Source of the DNA: Phoronis australis
Lineage: Eukaryota > Animalia > Phoronida
Reading direction: 5' to 3'
DNA length: 64,000 nt
Assembly (NCBI GenBank): GCA_002633005.1
Contig: NMRA01000720.1
Coordinates: 62,001 to 126,000, forward strand
Made by a program: the position numbers and the translations under genes. The notes under the pieces were generated by a model, which was not told the origin of the DNA, did not search any database, and saw only the letters and a list, made by a program, of their open reading frames with translations. Shown piece after piece: positions 11,801 to 23,800 of the stretch; positions within the stretch are counted from its first letter, which is position 1, and the number at the start of each line of letters is the position of its first letter.

Positions 11801-14800
11801 AGGAGTAAGGATTTGCCATGAAATCAAACTGTGCGAAGCTTTCAATGTTATCGGGATTTCCAATAAAACACTAGGAAAAAGCAGGGTGGGGTTATTTAGA
11901 TACAAATTTGGAGAATGTCTGCTCAATAGCTCTTTCTGGATTTTCTTCTTGTGCATGTGGTTCATGTGCGCAATATTTTGTGAATCACGTGGAAGCTAAA
12001 TGTTGGACAATTAATGAAAAGTCTGTCATTGACTTGAAATCACTACGCAGTACTTATTGATGTAACTAAATGATATAACAGCTGCCTGATTTTATCTGGA
12101 CAGTTTTGTCCAATTCAAATCATTCCAAATCTGTGTAGTTGTATAGCGATCTACCAACTACTCGGCTTGCCCAGTATGACATTTCAACTTTGGTCTTACT
12201 TACTTCAGAACTCGTTCCAACTGTTGTGCGAGAGAGGTACTGTACCGCTGATTTCTGTCCAACATTACTTGTCGTCATGGGTCTAATCTGTTACAGCACA
12301 GAGAATTCATCTGATATTTACATGGTGCTGTGCTAGTTTACTTACTATAGGTGTCGCCCTCGTGAGAACTAAATGCATTAGCTCACACCAGGGCGACACC
12401 TATAGGAAGTTGAATAACATGCACGTGGTCTTTTAATCGTGAGTCGCCACTGTTCATTCCAAATAACTTAATGGTAGCGATAACTGCAATTCACTCATCT
12501 GGGTTGATATTGATTTTTCCACTGTATTTTTTTAGTTGAACATCATTGTCGACGGTGTTTCTGGTATCTCTATCACATGACGAGAGGAAGGTTGACATTC
12601 TTGTTCTTATTTTTGCTTACGCTGCACTTGGCACTCACTGACTAAAGGGTCGTTATTTACAGTAAAACTCGTTATTTACAGTAAAGCTCGTTATTTACAG
12701 TAAAGCTCGTTATTTACAGTTTGAAATTCTTCAATATGGGACAGAAATAATGTGAAAAAGTACAAGTTGTATTTTTGAGATGTTTACCACATTCTGGAAA
12801 CGCTCAGAAGTTCGTTGATCAAAATGTTACGCCGTACAAACTACAAACTTTGCCAGAAACAAAGTACACGTTCCTGAAAAGTTATTTTTATTGCGAAATT
12901 TGTCGCGGGGAAATTTCACCAAGACTAATCACCGCAGCATGGCTGTCACCATGCAGACAAGACATATTAGAACCCCTGCACCCTATTCTTATTCTGCGGT
13001 GCATATATCCTGTCCACAGCAACCAAAACACATTCAGATGGCTTTTTTGCTGTCTATGTTGGTAAGTGACATAAAATTAAGTGACTGTGATTTGTCAATC
13101 ATCTAGAAGTCACGAAAATATTTGGAAAATGAATATATTTTGTCAAAAAGAGACACATTCTGATGCTGTGGCATTACGCAACAGTTGGCAAATATGAGTA
13201 TACATGCATCGCAAAGTGTCATAGTTGACCCCACTGTCACCAATCAATTTCATGTAAACTGGGCTGACTATATTTTTTAATAGTTGAAGCTGTCTCTGTG
13301 TTCCCCTACTGAATGGTATCAAATGGCTGTTATTTTAATTTATGTCAATATGCATGTGAATTCTGTGAGTGTAGGAACAGGAAAACACTGAATGTTAATA
13401 ATTAGTTCAAGATTACTGGTACATGTAGTTTTAGTAGTAAGAACACTGGGAATGTCAGATTTTCCCCTTTTAAAGACCCACGTAGGGCCAATAGGGTGAA
13501 GTCCAAATCACAAACTTCATTCAGGATTAAACAGCTGTGATTCTTTACTTTACAACCAATAACAATACTACGTTCATTCGTCTACCATGTGAACAAGGAA
13601 TTCCAACTCACCGGGTTAAAAGAAAAAACAAAAGTGCAGTCGACCCCAAACATAAAACAACAGGTTTTCACAGATGAGGTTTTATAGTGAAAAAGATTAT
13701 TCTAGGAATTTTGACGATACACGCTAAATGCATCAATTTGTGTAAAGAAAGACCACACATGATAGATTTTGTCAATGCATTTGATATTGTCGATCACAAG
13801 CCAGTTCATCTAGAAGTAGGGCACCTCCTCCACTATAATGCGTGACGCCATGTTCCCACTTCCAGTACATGAGTTGGCGAGTGTGCCCCATTTAGAGTCG
13901 CACGTGTCCACTTTCAGTTCAATCCGTATTCTGCCTCTGGGAACCCCATTGCAAATTCCGCCGACTAAAATAGAAGCAACAACCAGACATTAGAAACACC
14001 AAAATGTATAGCACTAATAGGACTGTCTCGAGTTACACATGATCTTACAGATCTCCTTTATCCCTGAGATAAGAAAGCGTGTGACTTTGTTTTGGAAATC
14101 AGACTTTTTTGTGTTTCTCATTTATGTCGGAAATACGATGAATTTCGTACCACGCATCCACGGGTACTTTTCCAGTTAATCGAATTTTCGCACTTCGGAA
14201 TTACAGCCCTCGACAAAGCAGAAATACTTTTTTGGCATTGGAAGGACGAATAGAGTAATGCAACCAAGAAAAATTTAAAATGAATCAAACAAGTAACATG
14301 TGAAACTAGTGACCTGAAAACGAGGCAGCAAATGTGCCTGACGGATGTGTACGGCATTGTGGGTAAATACAGGGAGATTCGGGTGTCACTGTGTAGTCTG
14401 GGACGGTCCTATTGCTGAAACAGTTTTGATGAGGTTATTTGACGAAGGATGATGGAGCATTTTTTTTTCTTCAAATAGTGACGTTTCTAGAATTTTCGAC
14501 ACTATTTACTTAATATTGATAGTGAATGTAATACATGTAGGGGATGTGTACTTAGTCAAGCAATCTGTGGTTTATGCTGTTTACTCGCGTCATGTGTAAA
14601 TTGATTACAGGTTGTATTTTCAGCACTTTCTTTAGAACTATTTGGTACAGAACAGTATAACCTTAAGTTTACTTTAAATTTTTGAATGTCTCTCATTGAA
14701 AATAGAGTGCGCTGATAGACTATGTGTTTATCACCTGCTTTTTAATTTCTGTTTGCATTTAGCGAGTGGATAGTAAGCTGGTTTGTTCTTGTTGCGTATG

Positions 14801-17800
14801 AATAACCACAGACGAATTTAAGCTTATGTTTTGTATTGAAATTGGATAAATTCGGTGTTTAAATGAAACTATGAGTACTTAATTTGGAGCCAATGCATTC
14901 TAGTGCAGAAGTCAAAAAGTACAATTCGATTGTCAGTATCACTTACAGTAGGCAGGCATGTACTGGCTTAACGTCTTATCATGGTCTTTGTATGAGTAGC
15001 GTACAGCATCGAGGGGCTGAGGGTTGATGCATTCATGGCCATTGATAGTGAAGAACCATCGTGCACAAACAGCTTTGACGTTCTGATCATGGATACAAAG
15101 ATTTCCTGCAAGTAAACAGATGCTTGAAACTGTAAACAGTTGGTAACATTAACCTCTTAAGTTGTTGGTATACGCTTTTTCAAAATAATGTTAAAATTTA
15201 TGACTATGTTGGCTTTGCAAAACATCACTTGGTATGTTAGGTGTGTCAAGTAGATTTGGAAGCATCTGGAACTATTGCTCTGATTGTACTTGTCTCAGTT
15301 AAACGTATTGGTTGTACTTCACATATTCAAGAGCTAGGTAAAACAATGGGCTGATGAGATTAAAATATTTTAGAAGGTCTAGCGCGGTCATCAACAGGCT
15401 GTTGCATAAGAAACGCCCTCAAATTTTGTTGATTCATCAGACGCAAAATACAGCAAAGTAACGTACCAGCGTAGGTTAGCCTTAGGCCTGTTTCTGCGCT
15501 TAGTTTGTTATACTCAATCACCTGCAAATATCAAACAATATGCTGTACTATAGCAGAAGAAAAGCAGACATAATACCACATTTGGGTCATCGTGATCAGT
15601 TCTACTTACAGATTATTTTATCCTTAATTTTGGCTGAAAATGAAAATAATGAGTTGGTGTGATCATTGCCAATTTATAGCGTCGCAGCTAAAATGGAACT
15701 ACAGCTGATTAGGTGAAAGTGTGCGTGTACACACAACTGACGTGGAGTAACTGACATCGTTGCGGCCAGTTTTTGACACCAGCATGATAGGTAGAGCTAG
15801 TTACACTCTGTTAGTTGCTGGAGTTCCAACAACGCTTAATTGAATTTCTCATGAAAAGTTGTGTTAAAATAATTGTTTATCTCTATACAGTCGATAAAGA
15901 CAGTGTAGTGGGCCCTGCCTTGTGGCCTAAACATGTCTGATTTACTGCATAAGGCATCAGGCCTCCTGCACTCCTTTTTTAGTTTTAAAGCAAAGATTAG
16001 GCAAAAAATAAGTATTAAGTATAAGTTGATGAAGCTAGTTCTGTTTCGGTTTTTGTAACCAACAGTCATTGAATCATGAAAGATGGGCCTGCTAGTCATG
16101 ATGCTAGAAAAAAGGCCACTTGGCAATGGATAAGATTGGAACGGGTATCTGCTTGATTATAAATCATTTGTGATTTAAGAACATGTTAATGTCTGTCCTG
16201 TAGTATCTTAAAAGGTGGTCTTAATCAAAATATAGTTTCTTGAAAGTACCGTGAGTTTATTGGCAAGTGTTACCTTTATGGTACCGTGGTCCATATCAGT
16301 AGCTTCATTCCAGGCAAACTGTTTGACTCTGTAAGCCAGTGACCTCTCTGGAGAAATGAAAAGATGTTCTTGTCTTACGGAATATCTCAAAGTGCTAGTA
16401 ACTACTCTAAATTGGAGACAATATAGTGGTGATCCTTTCACTTGCCCCATCAGTTTTTTCGAATCAACAAAAGTCAGTAAAACTGAAACATAACTTATTG
16501 AAATCTTAAGGGAAGTGGGCAGGGTAAGAACCAAGGTGTCCTAATCTCTTTAGTAAGTTGATCGCACATGTTCCGTCCCTTAGATGGTTAACTAAGATAC
16601 GCTCCCATTGTTTCAAAACTAGAAAGCATTCAGAGGCGACGCCAGGAGTCCTTATATTGCAGTGAGGCGCCAAACGCTGTGTTATACTTGAGCAAGTATG
16701 AGCATGGACTGTCCATTATCTGGAGAATAGGTTCGTCATTGGTCTCTTAGAGGCATTGTAGTGTAAGATGGTCACTTAGGGACGTGCTAGGTTGTTTGTA
16801 GTCGTTGCAACCTGGTCCGCCAGGTCTTTATCGATGAATGAGGGATTTCCTGCCGTTCGCTGGTTACCCCCCNATTCTTAACCAAGGAAAGGCGGGAAAT
16901 CCCTTGTTCATCCATAAAGACCTGGGAGACCAGGTCAAAAGGTCTGCAAACAATTTACCATTGTCTCTAAGTATTAAGTGACCACCTTGTACTACATTGT
17001 GTATTGTCACTAGGTGCCCTAACCATGATATTTTTCCTATTACACATGACTGGTAATATAACAGTGTCTTGCTGCTTATCAAAAGCCTAAAAGCCTTGTA
17101 ATAGTAATTTGCTTTTGTTACAGTGTCATTTTATGAACTTATGGTGTGTTTCTATTCAGGATAGTGCAACTGACCTGGAGTTAGGGATCAATGCTACAAC
17201 TGTGAAGTCCATTAGAGACAGTTTTGTTTTTCTTTGTGTTTGCCTTCTTTTTTACTTGATGGATAATCATGAAATTTGGCACTTGTATTACTACCAGTAA
17301 TTATGACAACAACATGTCAATGCTCTGGGTGGTATGTGATGCTGATGGTCATGGTGGGTGTACATCCTCACGCAGTATAGCTCTTTGGTCAAATTTTATT
17401 CTGTTAAATTTACAAACAATTATAAAGATTAAGACTATCTGTTGCATTTGTACTGTCTAAATGACTTTAAACAAAATTTAGTTTGAAGTCATTGTTTGCT
17501 GCTGGTCACGTAAGTTTTTAAGACACGCATACTTGATCATTTTGGTAATTGAAGTTTTGAAGGAAATAAACGCGGCCCCCAATCACTGATGGGTGAGTTG
17601 TGTGAGAGGGAGGTAACAATGGGAACACTTGAGACTGTTTGAGATTCTTCAGTCTTGAGAAGTGGCTGTGCATTGGCGGTTCAGGCTAGTTGAACCCTTT
17701 GAGGCATGATGAAATCACTAATGAAAGGGTTTCAAAGCATGAATGTGATATGTCTCCACTTATTTCACCCCAAAATAATTTCGCATTTGTCATTTTTCCA

Positions 17801-20800
17801 TTTCTTAGTGGATGATTACTTAACTGTATATAATAGAAATTGTTCCAAGAGTGGTGTGACACCTACATAACACAAACTATGCTAGCAATATGTTAATGAG
17901 CTTCAAGCATCCAGCATACTACGAACAAAAGTATTTAAGACGTAGCAGACAAAATCGCTAACCTTGTTATCAATTTCATCCTCCACTGTTAGGCGGTCAG
18001 TTTTCATGTTTAGTCTTTCTGTAAGCCTAAATGCCTTAGGCTATGATGTTTTTGTCATAAGTTTTCATCCCACCTATATATTAGGCAGTTGATCCCATAT
18101 TCAATTTCATTACATCTGATTATGTCACTTGCCATGGCTATGATATTTCAAAGCAACATATTTTAACCACACTCACCAGTACATACCCAGATTTGATATC
18201 TTGTTGCTGTGATCATTAATCAGTTTACTTATCCCCATCAACAGAGTCATCTGATTGGCTTGTTCCTTTTCTAAGTCCGTCTGCTTTTTCTTCAAGACTG
18301 CCTGGTCCTGAATTTGACCCTGCAGTTGCTTGATGTCCAGATTCTGATGATCCACTTTCAGCTGCAGTTTCACGAGTTCTAGTTCTAAATTGTTAAATTT
18401 GTTAACTTTTGACTGAAGTGTCTGGAGATCTGTCTGTATGTTGCGCAACTCGCCATCTTTACGTTGGAGTTCGTTTACCTGTAGATGAGAAATTTTAACA
18501 TTAACTGTCTCATAATAGCATTTGACCTTGAATTTGGTCTTTAATTATTATTTGATAGTGGAATGTTGCTTTGCTGATCATTTTTTTTGCATTTTTAAAA
18601 ACTGCCCAGTCCATTTTATACACAGTGTAGTTATAGTCGCACCATTTCACATTTTGAGATTAGTTTTCTCCGTTACGAACTCTCTAAATACGATACCCTA
18701 TATTGACTTTTGTTTAAAAAACCACATGCGCTGTTTTAAGAAACATGATGAAGGCAAAAACTGACCATGTTCCAATCTTGAGAATAAAGATAATTTAATT
18801 TTGGTCTGACCTCTGCTGGAAAATTTTTACTGAAAATGTTGAACTTGTCACTATTGGGCTATCCCTATACCACTGCATTTATGACCATATATTCTTTTGT
18901 TCTTGTAAAGTACTGCAAAAACAAGCTATAACTGTTAGGTGTAAACACTTTATTTCTTTGGAACTCTGTAAGCTGCAGTGGTGTCTGATAACATACAAAC
19001 ATATCCAACAAATACTTCACAGTCTTACCATGAGTTGCAACTGTGGTTCTACTTTGTTGACTTCCTTCTCGATGAGCTCAACTTTTGTCCTCAATGCTGT
19101 ACAACAAGATGTCGACGGTGTTGGTGGTGGCGATGTGGAGGTGGGAATCCGTTTTGATGGTGCGATAACGTCGATTGCCAAGGTGATTGTGACAACTGAC
19201 ACCAGCCCTACTAGTACAGAACATTGTATTTTGAGAGTCATCTTGCTTCAATCTTGACAATCCTTTGCCTTTCCTTGATATCCCAGAATGTTATATAATG
19301 TAGACCAGTCTTACACTGTGCCCAGCACTATTGACTGATACTGTTGATAACTCTTTCTATTGGTGGGTCTGGCCAACTCAGGAATTCTGTTTACATTTGC
19401 AACAATTTCAATGAGATAAATTTGAGTAAAAAATTTTAGATTATTTGGCGCAGCGCGTTGCTTTGATACCTGATCTCAATTACCACATCCTTGGTATTTA
19501 GGTGGAGGTATATTGTTATGGTGGTCCACTATATACTGATGTCTAGTTGTGACTATGTTATTCTCGGTTCATGACTAACCAATGCTGAGGCTCATTGAGA
19601 CTCCTGGAAACAAAACTTTTAAAATCGTCCATTGTTGATTTATTTTGCATAAAAGTAAACGTTTTCTGGTATTAAAAGCGTCGCTTGGGAAATGTCCTTG
19701 GTGTGTTCCTTAGAACAAATTTCTTTGGAAATAAAACAATGTCACTCAACCCTGATACTTGCATACACTTGTTGATTCAGGCCCCCATTGCAGTGATTGG
19801 TCAGCAAGTGGTTGGAATGGTGAGCTATTGGGTGCAGTGAAATATACTGCCCCTTTCTCAAGAGTGCTCACAAATATCTTGCCAATGTGTTACCTATTGC
19901 AGGCATGTACGAAAGTATTCTGTAGTTACGTTGAAAAATCATCAGTTTGAGACACTGTATGACGGACGACTGAAATTTTGTTTCGTCATATTTCTCAGCA
20001 AAAATAATTTTCAGAAAAATTTAGTTTGGTTTTTACATGATTTGGGTGGCGTAGTTAATACTATCCAACATGAGGTAAACTTAAGTTTTGAGCATTTTCA
20101 GCAATGTGGAAAACCTTTGAAAAGAGAAATAATGCAATTTTAGCAATTATTTTTGTCCTTAATTGAAGAGCTTTTGAAATTCATAATTCATACTTTTAGT
20201 TTATGTAACACAGGTGTAAAATGCTTTGGAATGTTTTTTTAGCACCATAGAACAGTTTACCCTGCATGCTTAATATATTACACGACAAAAAGTTGAGTTT
20301 TGATCAGCATGTTAAAACTCAAAATATCCCACTTGACTTGTTAACATTGAGCAATGTTGATAGTACAGATGTCACAAATGTAATTAAAACAATTTTAATG
20401 ACAATTTGTGTTAGGGTAGTCAGGAGGTACATTATGGTAGTTGAGAGGTAAGTAAGTTGAAGCCTAGTATCATTGCAGTGTTTTGTGGTTTTTGAAGGGT
20501 TAATTTTGTGTATTAAACAAGGAAAAAATTGTTTCAAAAATGTCGGCTGTGTACAGCGTTGCTCATTCATAGTGATGGCATTTCTCTACTTCGAAGTGCG
20601 GTGCTTTGAAGTTAGAAGGGGGAGAAGTTTAGATTGTAAGAACGCTCCTTTTCCAAGAGTAGTTAATGATTAGTGATAAATTTACTAGACTAACACCTGA
20701 TACTTTCAGAGTGGACAACATTTGGTGCAATATACAGCCAAAACAGAACCAGGTGCTAAAAAAGGTAATGTCTCGTCATTTCATCATCTTTCCTTTGAGC

Positions 20801-23800
20801 GTTAAGAGGCCCTTTCATATTGACTTAACTCCAGTATGAGCAGAGCGTCGACGTAAACAGCGCAGTTAACTGGACTGTTCATACTGGCTTCGGTAGTTAA
20901 TGAACATCAAAGTAAGCGGTTGTGTGCCGCTGTCGTCATTGAAGTTATCGCAAAGTAGCGTTGCACGCTAAGATTTTTTCAATGTTTCAATTTGGAAATA
21001 TTTACATGCACTAAGTATAGATTAGATTTGTTAGAGATTCCATCAACCCATAGTCATCTCCACCTGACTGTTGTTATATCTACCTTCCTCTGATAAGCTC
21101 CTGCTGGAATTTAATAATAGCCAAATTAATGCTAAAAATACCTGAGTTATGAAGTTACCTGAGTTATGAAGTTAATTGACAATGTTGTGGATTGGTGTAA
21201 ACAAGTTTTGTACTTTGAACAGAGTTGCCAACGGTTACGGATTTATCTGTAATCTACATACCTTAAAGGCCTAAAATTGCTTCATGCGGATTTTTAAATG
21301 TTTTGGACATTGACCATTTCTTTCTATTAAAAAATCACTTGTAAGTCAGTAAAAAGATTTCTTTGAATTTCATAATGGTTGGAAGTGACAGATTGGCGAG
21401 AATAGACAAATAGAGTATCATTAAGTGGTAGAAATAATTGAGAACACACGATCCAGCAGAGTAGTCGTATATAATGCAATTTGCATACAAAATTTCCCTT
21501 TTGTGATTAGTAAGTTGCAATTACTTTCTTAAGGACTTGTCAAATATTAATGTGCACACTGCTTAGTGCATTGTGGGTAGTGCATTGTGAGATATCGAAT
21601 GCTTTGGAAATAAGTGCTGAAGTCGAGAGTGAAATTTCGGAAGACGAGTTTACCGAGGCATTAGTTTAGAAAAAGGGAAAAAGGATTCACCACATTTGGT
21701 ATGGTCACTTCAAGACTGATAACCTTGGTAATAACGACATAAGCATGGATGAGAAATTATAAGATGTCGAGATTTTTGGGGTCCTGTCAACCTTAGCCTG
21801 TGTAGAAATTGAAAACTGTTGTTTTGGTGTATATCAATCTGCCATGCGGTTGAAATTTAGGCAGATATTAACACAAAGGTTACAATATGTTCTAAATGGG
21901 TTGTAAGCCGTGTTACAAAGTGAAAATATTTTTAGTCTGCTTTTTACAGTGTTCTTTCGTTTTTATTTTTTCCTCCAAATCCTTACAAGCAGCATATTGT
22001 GTTCTTGCGGGGGTGTGTTGTATCTCCAAACTACGTCAGATCTCTGAATGTGCAACCGTATGAAGTCCCGATGCGTTCCTTTGACTGTCCTTTTGTTAAC
22101 CCTGCTTTTTTCTAGACGTGAGCTGTCCCCTACCAGATGCCTATCACCCACAGTTTGTTGAGGCAGCCTGGTATGATTGGTGGACACAGTCAGGCTTCTT
22201 CAAACCTCGACCAATGGTAGGACTCAGTGATAATGATTGGCAGTGACTGTTTTGTAAAGTATCATTTGTTGTCTATCATTTTACTACTTCAGTTGAGCAA
22301 AGCTTGCGAGGAAGTATTGTTTGTTTGTGAGGCAGACTTAAATTGACTTTAAAGGCAAGTATGTGGATGAATTTTTATGAAATTTACTGCGTAGGAATTT
22401 ATCCAAAATTCAAATCAAAAGCATAAAAATATAATTTTGAATGAATACATTTCATCCTTTGCATTCACAGATAAATTGGAGTGGTTACCATAAATTATCA
22501 TCTTCTTATAATGGTGGCTGAAACCTATCATGAAATGTATTGGACATCCTGATGAACCTGTTTAGAGACGTTAATTTAATGATTTTGAATTATGTCAAGC
22601 CTTACAAATGCCCTGTTACACTAATACCTGTCTTGCAGATACCTGTTATAGAATGTTATGGTAATTAGCACCATCTCCATGACAACACAAATATTGTTAT
22701 CTGTTGTAAAAGTATTCTTAGAGGTAAGAGATTTTCCCATCATTTTACAATTTTTGCATTGGTCCTTTGCAGGAAGACACAGAGGAGACGTTTGTGCTCT
22801 GTCTGCCACCCCCTAATGTTACAGGTAAACTTCACCTGGGCCACGCTCTCACTGCTGCCGTGCAGGACTCTATTGTTAGGTGGTGAGTACAAGTCAGCTC
22901 AGGTTTTGCCTTGGCTAATGTGGGCCTGATATTACTAAGTATTTGTCAACAATTCTCTGGCCATGCTGTGGGGTCAAAGGTTATTATATGGTGTGTATTG
23001 AGAAGAACATGAGCATGTTTGAAGCTCTCTTTCATTCGTGTCACTCCCTTTAAGTTTCCTGTTATAATAATGCCATCTGTAATACCTGTCATGGGCAAGA
23101 TCATTGGGGATATGCTGGTGCATTTATATCCTCCCCCAGACCATCCCCGTGACAGCAGAAGGCGCAGAACTCCAGGGCTGACGTTGCCTGTTAGCATTTG
23201 ATTTGACAACACTCGGCCACGGCTCGTCTTGTGACTCTTAGAAGCATGGCCATAAATAATACCGGCTTCGAGCAGTCGGCTGCCATCATTGAACTCAGCC
23301 AGTCGAGACGAAGTCTGCTCAAGGGTGCGTTTGTGGGCCAACAGCTTAACTTCAGCCGAATATAAGTAGAGGGGTTGGTTGGTGGTGCATGAGCCAGCGA
23401 TTTAATCTGCACGCTCATTAATCAAGTCACCGGCTAGCCAGGTACGAAAGACGAGATCACTGCATGATGAGGGTGGCATGATCGGAGATCGGAAGACACC
23501 CAAGTTGGCTGAGAAGTTTCCAGATTGAACTTTCATCAACACTGCCATGGAATTGGTGGCAAAGATAATGGTGTGATTCTCCAGGTCAAGGAGTGACAGC
23601 TTAGTTAGGGCACGTTGTATAGCCTCAAACTCCAGCCGCGTACTGCTTGTGTATACATGGTGGCAGCCTCTGCCTTCCGCAATGACGTTGTTGGCACAGT
23701 GTTTGATAACCCCATCCCACACGATTAGTTTCACCATCGAAGGATCCATCAGTTGCTACAGTGATGGCATTAATACCGCCAAGATCACGCCATTGCTGAC

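Noticed and set aside
18171-18186. Alternative donor TG|GTGAGT 10 nt downstream in CTHRC1-like exon 2
   Set aside because: It is phase 2, incompatible with the next exon; the phase-1 G|GTATGT donor restores the CTHRC1 frame.
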